NCBI GenBank assembly: GCA_964636275.1
Contig: CAZWRN010000001.1
Span: 22,070 to 86,069 of the forward strand
Direction of reading: 5' to 3'
Source of the DNA: an uncultured Gammaproteobacteria bacterium
GTDB taxonomy: Bacteria > Patescibacteriota > Microgenomatia > Daviesbacterales > UBA10151
Length of the DNA stretch: 64,000 bases
In this document: one piece after another, positions 1 to 8,288 of the stretch
Numbering within the stretch: the stretch's first letter is position 1
How the letters are laid out: each line of letters begins with the position of its first letter
Translations under genes and position numbers: made by a program
The notes under the pieces: model-generated
What the model was told of the DNA's origin: nothing
The model's database searches: none
Seen by the model: only the letters and a program-made list of their open reading frames with translations

Positions 1-13
1 TGTTGTTAATAAA

Positions 14-286
14 ATGAATGCTGGTGACCCAACAGGGGCTACTGGAGTCAATACCCTCTTAAGTACTGTAGTGAGTCTTTTTTTTGTATTTGCTGGGATA
101 GTATTTGTAATTATGGTGGTTTGGGGTGCGGTAGATTTTATTATCTCTTTTGGCGAAAAGGACGCAATTGGAAAAGCACGGCAAAAAATCACTTGGGCTA
201 TTATTGGAGTCATAATATTATCACTGGTCTTTGTTTTACTTCGGATTGTTGAGAGGCTGACAGGATTAACATTTATTATTAGCTAA
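14..286 (+). CDS. Small double-TM pilin-like protein, paralog 1 (VirB2/TrbC-like topology)
   Basis: 90 aa with two hydrophobic helices flanking the conserved loop WGAVDFIISFGEKDAIGKARQK; the motif is shared with five downstream paralogs; the N-terminus may be cut by the window edge. Confidence 0.45.
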   Translation: MNAGDPTGATGVNTLLSTVVSLFFVFAGIVFVIMVVWGAVDFIISFGEKDAIGKARQKITWAIIGVIILSLVFVLLRIVERLTGLTFIIS

Positions 287-287
287 T

Positions 288-743
288 ATGAAATTATTGA
301 TACTAATTGTTTTGACTCTGACCATTTTTGCCCAGCTGGCTTTGCCTGTCCATTCGGCCGCCCAGATTGGAATCAAACAACCTACTACTGGTGGAGGAAT
401 TCAGGTAGGAAAAAACGATGCTGACACTCTCTTATCCACAGTGATTCGAAATATAATCACCTTTGTTTTTACTTTTGCCAGTGTTGCTTTAGTACTCGTC
501 TTTATGTGGGGATCTGTTGACTGGATTATTTCTGGGGGTGACAAAGACAAAGTGAGTGCTGCTAGAAAAAAGATCACTGCAGCTATCACGGGCTTTATCA
601 TTTTGTCGCTTAGTTTCTTCTTTATAAGTGTGATTGGTGTGATGTTTGGGATAAATCCATTTCAAGGACTTAAAATCCCCTTTCTTGGGGAAGCTGCAAC
701 CATTGGTAATCCGCAACGTCCGACAGGGGGTAATGTCCAATGA
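288..743 (+). CDS. Small secreted double-TM pilin-like protein, paralog 2
   Basis: Signal peptide MKLLILIVLTLTIFAQLALPVHSAAQ; TM1, loop WGSVDWIISGGDKDKVSAARKK, TM2; starts 1 nt after the upstream gene. Confidence 0.5.
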   Translation: MKLLILIVLTLTIFAQLALPVHSAAQIGIKQPTTGGGIQVGKNDADTLLSTVIRNIITFVFTFASVALVLVFMWGSVDWIISGGDKDKVSAARKKITAAITGFIILSLSFFFISVIGVMFGINPFQGLKIPFLGEAATIGNPQRPTGGNVQ

Positions 744-1147
744 AACAAAAAAAGATTATTTTACCCTTTTTATTAGCTCTTCTTATATTTAATCCACTTT
801 CAGCCCAAGCTTTTGATATAACTGTTCCAAATACAATAACCCAACCTGTAACAAACTCTCAGGCAGCCAGCCAAGGAGTTGGCTCAATGATCAGCAACGT
901 AATCACATTAATTTTTTCTTTCTCCGGGGTGGCAGTAGTTTTGTATTTTTTATGGGGAGCCTTTGACTGGATTATGTCTGGAGGTGATAAAGAAAAAGTT
1001 GGAAATGCGAGGAAAAAGATGACTACTGCCATAATCGGTTTACTTTTACTCTCACTTACTTTCGCAATTATGGGTATCATCAGCCAACTCACATCAGTGA
1101 ATATATTGGGAGATCTGACACTTCCCCGATTTGGAGCAAACAACTAG
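740..1147 (+). CDS. Small secreted double-TM pilin-like protein, paralog 3
   Basis: Signal peptide ending AQA; loop WGAFDWIMSGGDKEKVGNARKK between two TM helices; overlaps the upstream stop by 4 nt. Confidence 0.5.
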   Translation: MKQKKIILPFLLALLIFNPLSAQAFDITVPNTITQPVTNSQAASQGVGSMISNVITLIFSFSGVAVVLYFLWGAFDWIMSGGDKEKVGNARKKMTTAIIGLLLLSLTFAIMGIISQLTSVNILGDLTLPRFGANN

Positions 1148-1595
1148 GATGATGAAAATAATAACCATTTTTTTAGCTCTGTCATTATTTATATTCCCGG
1201 TATCTGCCTGGGCGCAAACAAACTCTAAACAAAATAATGCAGGAAGCACCTTTAGAATAAACCAACCGACAGGTTATGGTGTCCAAATTGACGGGACAGC
1301 TGACAATATTATTGGCGTTTTGGTCAAAAATGCCATAATTCTGATTTTTTCTTTTTCAGCTTTAGGAGTTATTGCCTATTTTTTATGGGGAGCTTTTGAC
1401 TGGATTGTTTCTGGTGGAGATAAAGAAAAAATTAACTCAGCCAGAAAAAAAATGACTCATGCTTTGTTTGGTTTAGCTATTCTTTCATTGTCGTTTGTGA
1501 TTATTACTGTTGCTGGAGAGATTGTAGGTTTTAATCCGTTGAAAGAGCTATTATTCCCAGCACTTGGTGATCAATCCTCAACCGTGACTCCTTAA
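1131..1595 (+). CDS. Small secreted double-TM pilin-like protein, paralog 4
   Basis: Signal peptide; loop WGAFDWIVSGGDKEKINSARKK between two TM helices; the true start is possibly the MMKII Met a few codons in. Confidence 0.5.
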   Translation: MEQTTRMMKIITIFLALSLFIFPVSAWAQTNSKQNNAGSTFRINQPTGYGVQIDGTADNIIGVLVKNAIILIFSFSALGVIAYFLWGAFDWIVSGGDKEKINSARKKMTHALFGLAILSLSFVIITVAGEIVGFNPLKELLFPALGDQSSTVTP

Positions 1596-1654
1596 ACTAA
1601 GTAATATAACGCCATTTTTTTGCTTTCTAGAGTATCTTATAGTATAATATAGGC

Positions 1655-2719
1655 ATGTTTAATTCTAGTTTAAATTGCCTAAAAACCTCTCTAACCGGTC
1701 TAATTTTGTCCGGAGTTATATTTAGTGTTTTCGCTTATCCAATCCAGATATCGGCGGATAGTATTACATGGGAACCGGGATACGAAAGTACTTTTGAGAG
1801 TGGCTCAACCCCTACCCCAGCCAACCCCCAAGGTCAAAACTGGATATTTAATCCTATCCGCCAGGTTGGACAAAATACTCAGTTTGGAGGCTATGATCCA
1901 ATTCGAACTGTCGGCAACAACTCAACATTTAATACATATGAGCCGATCAGAACTGTTGGCAATAACTCCACTTTCAATACTTATGAACCGATTCGGACTG
2001 TAGGACAGACCACCACTTTTGGCAGTTACGAACCAATTCGTGCTGTGGGACAAAATACTCAATTTGGAACCTACGACCCTATTAGACGGGTTGGTCAGGC
2101 GACTCGATTTGGGTCCTATGATCCTATTAGACAAGTAGGTCAAAATACCTCATTTGGCGCTTACGATCCAATCCGCCAGGTTGGACAGAATACTCAGTTT
2201 GGAAATTATGATCCTATCCGCCAGGTTGGACAAAATACTCAGTTTGGAAATTATGATCCGATCAGAACTGTCGGACAATCAACCAGTTTTTCAAGCTATG
2301 ACCCCATCCGCCGTGTAGGTCAAAATACCTCATTTGGCGCTTACGATCCAATCCGCCAGGTTGGACAGAATACTCAGTTTGGAAATTATGATCCGATCAA
2401 AACTGTGGGACAAAATAACGCAGCGCCGGCTTACAACCCGATTGTGATACCAAATCTGGAAAACAATCCATATCGATACAATGCTATTCAGGTGCCAAAT
2501 ACTGGTAACTCGGGTGTGACGTACAATCAACCGGTGGTTCCAGCTGCTGGAAGCAATAACCCGGCTTACAACCAACCATTAATTCCACCTACTGGAAATA
2601 GTTCTACGACTTATAATCAGCCGGTCGTCCCCACAGCTTCGACACAGCCCCAGGTAATTGTGGTTGATCCTTCAACATATAGTAGTATTCGTGAACTACC
2701 TAAAACAGGCCTTCGCTAA
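1655..2719 (+). CDS. Secreted tandem-repeat protein (about 13 x 16-aa YDPIRxVGQNTxFGx units) with a C-terminal LPKTG
   Basis: N-terminal signal/TM segment; highly regular 48-nt repeats in the sequence; Pro/Asn-rich tail ending ELPKTGLR; embedded within the pilin paralog array. Confidence 0.6.
   Translation: MFNSSLNCLKTSLTGLILSGVIFSVFAYPIQISADSITWEPGYESTFESGSTPTPANPQGQNWIFNPIRQVGQNTQFGGYDPIRTVGNNSTFNTYEPIRTVGNNSTFNTYEPIRTVGQTTTFGSYEPIRAVGQNTQFGTYDPIRRVGQATRFGSYDPIRQVGQNTSFGAYDPIRQVGQNTQFGNYDPIRQVGQNTQFGNYDPIRTVGQSTSFSSYDPIRRVGQNTSFGAYDPIRQVGQNTQFGNYDPIKTVGQNNAAPAYNPIVIPNLENNPYRYNAIQVPNTGNSGVTYNQPVVPAAGSNNPAYNQPLIPPTGNSSTTYNQPVVPTASTQPQVIVVDPSTYSSIRELPKTGLR
1850..2445 (+). repeat. In-frame tandem 48-bp repeat array inside the CDS
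   Basis: Near-identical units, e.g. gatccaatccgccaggttggacagaatactcagtttggaaattatgat recurs at about 2164, 2212 and 2347; the larger block 2112-2215 is duplicated at 2300-2397. Confidence 0.85.
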
Positions 2720-2748
2720 TCTCGAGGTATTGACAAGGTTGTTTCTTC

Positions 2749-3165
2749 ATGATTATGATTAATTCAATCATGAAAAAGCTTTCTGCCGCTTTTGCTTCTG
2801 TCGCTGGATATTTCACATTAGCTTCTTCTGCTTTGGCACTTCAAGTAAACACACCAACTAATATGGGTATTGATCCAAAGACAGCTCCTAGTACTATTTT
2901 GACAAGCGCTTTAACTATCGTTTATATCGTTGCAGCACTGCTTGTTCTCTATTTTTTGATCATGGGAGCTTTTAAATGGATCACCTCTGGTGGTGACAAA
3001 GATGCTATCGGAAAAGCTCGCGGCGCTATCATAAATGCTTTGATTGGTCTGGCTATATTAGCTTTGGCTGTAGTGATAGTCATAGTTGTTGGAAAGATCT
3101 TGAATATTAATATTTTGGGCAACTTCACTATCCCCAACCTGATGGGTACTGCAACCGACATTTAA
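2749..3165 (+). CDS. Small secreted double-TM pilin-like protein, paralog 5
   Basis: Signal peptide; loop MGAFKWITSGGDKDAIGKARGA between two TM helices. Confidence 0.5.
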   Translation: MIMINSIMKKLSAAFASVAGYFTLASSALALQVNTPTNMGIDPKTAPSTILTSALTIVYIVAALLVLYFLIMGAFKWITSGGDKDAIGKARGAIINALIGLAILALAVVIVIVVGKILNINILGNFTIPNLMGTATDI

Positions 3166-3320
3166 TGTCGGTAAATTCTAAGCACTAAATCCTAAACTCG
3201 AGATAAATCTAATACATAAATTCTAAATACAAAACTATTTTTGAAATTGTTATTTTGATATTTGAATTTGTCTAGAATTTAGGATTTCGATATTAGAGTT
3301 TATTATGTTACTCTTATTAC

Positions 3321-3635
3321 ATGAGTCCTACTCCTTCGATAAACTTAGGTCCTGAACCGGCAGGAATTGCCCAACTTGAGCAGCTTTTCTCCCGCATAGT
3401 TTATTTATCTGCTGGGATAGCATTTATGGCACTCACAGTAATGTTGGTATATGCAGCAATCAGATTTCTTACCTCTGGTGGAGACAAGAAAACGATCCAA
3501 TCAACCTGGGCTGTTATCACTTGGGCATTTCTAGGAATTTTTTTCATGGGTCTAGCCTGGGCTATTCTTCTTTTAGTAAAAAGCTTTACCGGTGTGGATG
3601 TTCTAAATTTTAGACTTGCATTCCCCCAGACTTAA
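3321..3635 (+). CDS. Small double-TM pilin-like protein, paralog 6 (divergent, no obvious cleavable signal)
   Basis: Loop IRFLTSGGDKKTIQSTW between two hydrophobic helices; same family motif SGGDK. Confidence 0.45.
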   Translation: MSPTPSINLGPEPAGIAQLEQLFSRIVYLSAGIAFMALTVMLVYAAIRFLTSGGDKKTIQSTWAVITWAFLGIFFMGLAWAILLLVKSFTGVDVLNFRLAFPQT

Positions 3636-3672
3636 GTTGAAAAAGATAACTCAGTAAGTTACTCTATTCTTA

Positions 3673-5184
3673 ATGCCTTTTATATCCCGAAAATTCTTTT
3701 TCAATTTTAAATCTAAAGTATGCCTGATATTTACATTGGGTCTTTTTATTTTTGGTAGCTGTGCGACCCCAGCGCTAGCTCAAAATAGCCCCGCATCAAC
3801 TCAATCTACGCAACAAGTTTTAAATTCACTTTTAAACTCATTTGCCGGCTGTATGATTATCGGACAAAGCCTGATTGAAACAGAAGAGTGTCCTACCCAG
3901 TCAGGCTCTCAAAGCTCTAACCATCCAAATAGCGGGATGGGGCTGGTCGGTAAGGCTATTTCATTGACCTACAATCCTCCTCTTTCCACTCAGGCCTATC
4001 TGGCAGACGTTAAAGAGAGTTTGGGCTTTGCCAAACCGGCTTATGCCCAATCTGTGACAGGCACAGGTGAGAGTGTAATTGCTCCTGTTAAAAAACTCTG
4101 GCAGATAACACGAAATTTCTCTTATCTGATTTTTACCTTGATATTTGTAGGTATAGGCGTGATGATCATGCTGCGGCGAAAACTAAATCCGCAAACAGTA
4201 CTAAGTGTTCAAAGCGCTTTGCCAGGGCTGGTGATAGGGCTGATATTGATCACATTTAGCTATCTGATTGCCGCTTTGATAGTTGATTTGTCTTTCTTAC
4301 TAATTCCGCTTGTCGCAAGTGTTTTTGAGCAGGCTGGAGGGAATATTTTCAAGGAAAATGGTCAGACTTTGCAGGATTTCGCTCTAAATTCGACAGTCTT
4401 CTCTTTTTTTAAACCGGTTTTTTGGAATCATCCAAACTGGCCATTGGATCTTGATCTTTTGAAAGGAACCCCTCCGGGGTCTGTTACTAGAGAGCAGTTT
4501 TCAATCCCCAACTTAATCCCATATCTTATCCAATTGGCTATTGATGCTGTTCTGGGTCTGGGTAATTTATTGATAATGGTAATCGTTGTCATCGGATTGT
4601 TTTTTCAGATGATTCGTTTACTATGGATAATTTTGAGATCCTATATCTCTATTTTAGTTTTTACTGTTTTGGGACCATTATTGATTTTAATGTCCACAAT
4701 ACCAGGTCGTGGAAAATCAGTCGAATTTTGGTGGAGAAATCTACTAGGAAACGCTTTAATCTTTCCGGCTATATTTGCAGCCTTCTTTTTTGGGGGGATG
4801 ATCTTGTCGGATACTGGTGTGGATCAAAACGCTTTTAACCAGACATTGCCGCTATTTGCCGGTATACCTGTTTATCTGTTAAAATATGTTATAGGATTTG
4901 CCATTATATTGGGCGTTCCTGCGGTACCACAAATGGTTAAAGAAACAATCGGAGTCAAGGATATTAAAGGAATCCCAGAAGCCGCCATGGCTGGCTTTGG
5001 TGCGGGAGTTGGACCAATGCAACAGGGTTTAAAACAAGCCTACAAACCATTTGAAACAGAAAGACAAGCATTTAGAGAAGCAAAAATGCGTTCGATGTTC
5101 CCATCCGACAAAACAACTTTTGATACCATGATGGCAAGTAAATCTTCACGGCCTCGCTGGTACACTCGTTGGTTTAATAAATAG
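3673..5184 (+). CDS. Polytopic membrane protein, VirB6/TrbL-like candidate
   Basis: 503 aa; signal peptide, about 130-aa extracytoplasmic domain, then 5-6 TM helices and a charged C-terminal tail; positioned directly after the pilin array as in T4SS loci; no motif-level proof. Confidence 0.4.
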   Translation: MPFISRKFFFNFKSKVCLIFTLGLFIFGSCATPALAQNSPASTQSTQQVLNSLLNSFAGCMIIGQSLIETEECPTQSGSQSSNHPNSGMGLVGKAISLTYNPPLSTQAYLADVKESLGFAKPAYAQSVTGTGESVIAPVKKLWQITRNFSYLIFTLIFVGIGVMIMLRRKLNPQTVLSVQSALPGLVIGLILITFSYLIAALIVDLSFLLIPLVASVFEQAGGNIFKENGQTLQDFALNSTVFSFFKPVFWNHPNWPLDLDLLKGTPPGSVTREQFSIPNLIPYLIQLAIDAVLGLGNLLIMVIVVIGLFFQMIRLLWIILRSYISILVFTVLGPLLILMSTIPGRGKSVEFWWRNLLGNALIFPAIFAAFFFGGMILSDTGVDQNAFNQTLPLFAGIPVYLLKYVIGFAIILGVPAVPQMVKETIGVKDIKGIPEAAMAGFGAGVGPMQQGLKQAYKPFETERQAFREAKMRSMFPSDKTTFDTMMASKSSRPRWYTRWFNK

Positions 5185-5197
5185 AATACTGAGTGCT

Positions 5198-8119
5198 TCA
5201 ACCTTTTACAAATGCCTGCATTGTAGCCGCTAGCTGCTTTAAAACGCCTTCCAAAAATCCGCTAAAAAGACCTCTTTTATTGGTTTTCTCATACAGATCC
5301 CTCATAAATTGATATAAATCATTACCCAAATACTCCCTATTTAGTCGTTCGGACTCATGGTGAGCTACCATATGTGATAATGTCAATTTTCTGTTTAATA
5401 ATTCTAGTTGATTCCAATTTAGATTATTGAAATCATATTTCTCAGAATGCTTAGTCCGGAATTCAAAAATTCCTCTGGCGAGAGAACCTATAAATTCGTT
5501 CAACTCGTTTGCGCCATGGTGGTCATCAAACTCAGTTAAAGCTAATGAAGCTTTGAAAAACTCTCCCAAGGTTTTTATAATCTGGTCTGGTGTTTCCATA
5601 GCATGAAAATCATAGAGTAGTCTTGGCCCAGATTTATCAAACATGCCCTGGACTTTTTCCATGGCATTCCAGCGGCCGGTATTATATTTGATTCGATTGA
5701 AAAAACGGTCCCATTCTTCGGCCAGCTGAGCATTTGTTCCCAACTGGAAAAACTGCTGAATTGTAACTGTATTTACATAGCCATATTTTCTTAGCTCCTT
5801 AAAGCGACCTGGATTTAACTCACCGTCATTCCAATAATCAGCTGGCTTATGATGAAGCTTTTTCTTGTCTCGCGCTCCTCTTCCACCAATTGATGCATTA
5901 AAATCGATCAAATGGGCGTATCTCTCATAGATCATTCGCTGATGATCTGCCCAGGCTTTGGCTAATTCACCACTTCTTTCCCTGGCCAATTTCTGAGCAA
6001 TCTTTTTTCTTTTCTTCACTTCGGGTGTGTCATTTGGTGACTCGGGCATCATATCTTGAGCCAAATGGAGTGTGATTTTGTTTCCTGAAAACATTTTTTT
6101 GCTACCAGTTTCAGGGTCAATTTCTCTTGTGTCATCGTCATACCATTCAAAAACCGGATCAAAAACAACAGCATCTCCGGCGACGTTTTCATAGCCGAAT
6201 TGCTCAATTCCTCCTTTTAATTCTTCTGGTATTGCTACGCCTTTTTTCCACTTTAGACCATCAAAATCAGCTGACTGACCAGAAGCATGATGGATCTTTT
6301 CGGCAATCACAAAGGCTCGATTGAGATGTCCAAAGACCTGTTCAATATCCTCAAGGTGAATATTACTTAGTGTATCAGGATCTAAATTTTCAACTTCAGC
6401 GCTCTTGAGATTGCGCTCCAGTACGAATTTGGCCTTTTTTGCCTCATGCACTTTCTCTAATTCAGGCTTTATTTCCTCTCTTAGTGCTGGTGTTAATTCA
6501 TTTCTTAACTCGGCAATTCTCTCCTGCCGCTCTTCATCGGTGTAAGCCGGTTTCCCTTCCAGATTTCTGCGAGCATTTTCCTCGTTGATTTTACTTGCTG
6601 TTCTAGCTGGTAAAGCTTCTTCTACTTTTTCCTTTAGTTCAATGGGGAACTGATCTGCAATTTCCCTTGTATAGGCAAAATATTCTGAAATAGTTTTCGT
6701 TACTATTTTTTTACCTGAAGCATCCATTAATAATTTTGCTTTTTCAGGATTTCCTTCCTCTCCTTCTTGTTTTATTCTATTTATTGCACGATGAGCTGAA
6801 TGATACTTATCAAGTGCATCACTGGTAATCATATAATTCATTCCATGAATCATTAATCCTCTATATTTTGTTCTTGCAGCTTCTACTTTTTTCTTTGCTT
6901 CATTTATATCAATTGACTGGTAGTACTTTTTGAGAGCTTGATCATATTGATATTCCTGAAAAACACCTTCATCAGAGTAGAATTTAGTTTTATCGGGAAA
7001 GTCGGTCAATCCCGCAATCTTAAATACATCCGTCATCCCTAAGAAATCTTTTGGTTTTTTATCTTCTCCAACTCCAAAATCATCCCACATTTGATCGATC
7101 AGTTTGATTTTTTGTCTGAGTGTCCAGGTATCTTCTTTTTCTTTATTAGTTAAATTTGCTCCATCAACAATTTTATTTACCAGATTCTGATCTTTTATAC
7201 CTTCATCTTTGACCCGGTAATAATGGCCTCTGGCTCTTGATGGGGTATCTGCATCATCATTCCAACCTTCAAGTAAATCTGATGCCTGCTGGACACCGGC
7301 CTCTCTCATTAATGCTTTTAAATGTCGTCCACGGATATTGGTAATACCACTACCCCATTGTTCACATTTCAAATATTTTGCTGCAAACGCCACATTGTGA
7401 GTGATCTGCCGAGCCTCAATCCAGTTGGAGATCTCAGATCGAAAAGATTCATACTGGGGCTCAGCAAAGACCACGTTTATATATTGCAACATCTCACCAA
7501 CACCTGGAGCCTCACCAGCCTCATCAATGTCAAGAGTTGCTAAAATATTATTTACACGTTGTCTCAATTTACCAAATTGGCGATTTTGTTTATAGTATTC
7601 AAGCTCCTGATAAATATTGTAAAAAGATTGTTCTCTTCCCTCATTGGCCACTGACTCTCTATACGCATCTACTTCAGCTTGGGGAAACCCTTTTGCGGCA
7701 TTTTGATCACGATCCCATTGTTTTTTTTCCTCTTCTCCCCGCATCGGATCAGGCGGAGTTTCTGGAGTTACATTGTCCTCAGGTCGGTGATGTCCAGAGG
7801 TTTCTGCTGATTCATCTGTATCCTCTGCGCCCCCTGCTACTCTAAAAATAGGTTTGCCTGATCTGGTAAAAAGTGTTCCTGGTGGATAATCGGCTGGATT
7901 GGGTTTTTCAGTATTTTTAGGATTTTCTGCACTGCTACGTTTTTGCCCGGTTGCCCATCCTTCGGTTCCTGGCCAAATAGGACGGCCCTTTTCAGTAAAT
8001 TTTGTTCCTGGTGGATAAGGTGACTTTTTTTCAAAATCAGAAGGCTTACTCCCTGAAGGAGCACTTTCGGGTCCTGTTCCTGGTGGTGTACCATCGGCCA
8101 TATTTTTGTCAAAGGCCAT
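5198..8119 (-). CDS. Large (973 aa) hydrophilic acidic protein of unknown function
   Basis: Long uninterrupted ORF with no TM; N-terminal duplicated motif YPPGTKFTEKGRPIWPG / YPPGTLFTRSGKPIFRV; lysine/glutamate-rich; no recognisable catalytic motif. Confidence 0.6.
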   Translation of the reverse strand: MAFDKNMADGTPPGTGPESAPSGSKPSDFEKKSPYPPGTKFTEKGRPIWPGTEGWATGQKRSSAENPKNTEKPNPADYPPGTLFTRSGKPIFRVAGGAEDTDESAETSGHHRPEDNVTPETPPDPMRGEEEKKQWDRDQNAAKGFPQAEVDAYRESVANEGREQSFYNIYQELEYYKQNRQFGKLRQRVNNILATLDIDEAGEAPGVGEMLQYINVVFAEPQYESFRSEISNWIEARQITHNVAFAAKYLKCEQWGSGITNIRGRHLKALMREAGVQQASDLLEGWNDDADTPSRARGHYYRVKDEGIKDQNLVNKIVDGANLTNKEKEDTWTLRQKIKLIDQMWDDFGVGEDKKPKDFLGMTDVFKIAGLTDFPDKTKFYSDEGVFQEYQYDQALKKYYQSIDINEAKKKVEAARTKYRGLMIHGMNYMITSDALDKYHSAHRAINRIKQEGEEGNPEKAKLLMDASGKKIVTKTISEYFAYTREIADQFPIELKEKVEEALPARTASKINEENARRNLEGKPAYTDEERQERIAELRNELTPALREEIKPELEKVHEAKKAKFVLERNLKSAEVENLDPDTLSNIHLEDIEQVFGHLNRAFVIAEKIHHASGQSADFDGLKWKKGVAIPEELKGGIEQFGYENVAGDAVVFDPVFEWYDDDTREIDPETGSKKMFSGNKITLHLAQDMMPESPNDTPEVKKRKKIAQKLARERSGELAKAWADHQRMIYERYAHLIDFNASIGGRGARDKKKLHHKPADYWNDGELNPGRFKELRKYGYVNTVTIQQFFQLGTNAQLAEEWDRFFNRIKYNTGRWNAMEKVQGMFDKSGPRLLYDFHAMETPDQIIKTLGEFFKASLALTEFDDHHGANELNEFIGSLARGIFEFRTKHSEKYDFNNLNWNQLELLNRKLTLSHMVAHHESERLNREYLGNDLYQFMRDLYEKTNKRGLFSGFLEGVLKQLAATMQAFVKG

Positions 8120-8288
8120 AAAAGGCTACCCGTTTGTCAGTACTCTAGTACCTATCCATCTTTTTTATTAGTTTAACTAAAGAAGGAAACGACTAGTGAG
8201 AGTATTATATACCCTATAGCCTATTAAAGCAACTTTCTGACTCCATCGTAACGTGCTTATAAAAAATAGTCAAACTTCAAATACCTAA

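Noticed and set aside
1850-2445. Regular 48-bp direct repeats that could be mistaken for a CRISPR array
   Set aside because: The repeats are contiguous with no unique spacers, sit in-frame in a long ORF encoding a coherent 16-aa peptide repeat, and have no cas genes nearby.
2680-2719. C-terminal LPKTG as a canonical sortase cell-wall sorting signal
   Set aside because: The pentapeptide is followed by only two residues (LR) instead of a hydrophobic stretch plus a positively charged tail, and no sortase gene is visible in the window. It is noted as an oddity only.
401-3161. Antisense ORFs inside the pilin-like genes (401-601, 489-740, 859-1143, 2949-3161) and other internal shadow ORFs across the window (e.g. 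6127-6324, 7322-7845, 50404-51108)
   Set aside because: They are entirely contained within longer, motif-supported genes on the opposite strand. This is the typical shadow-ORF pattern.
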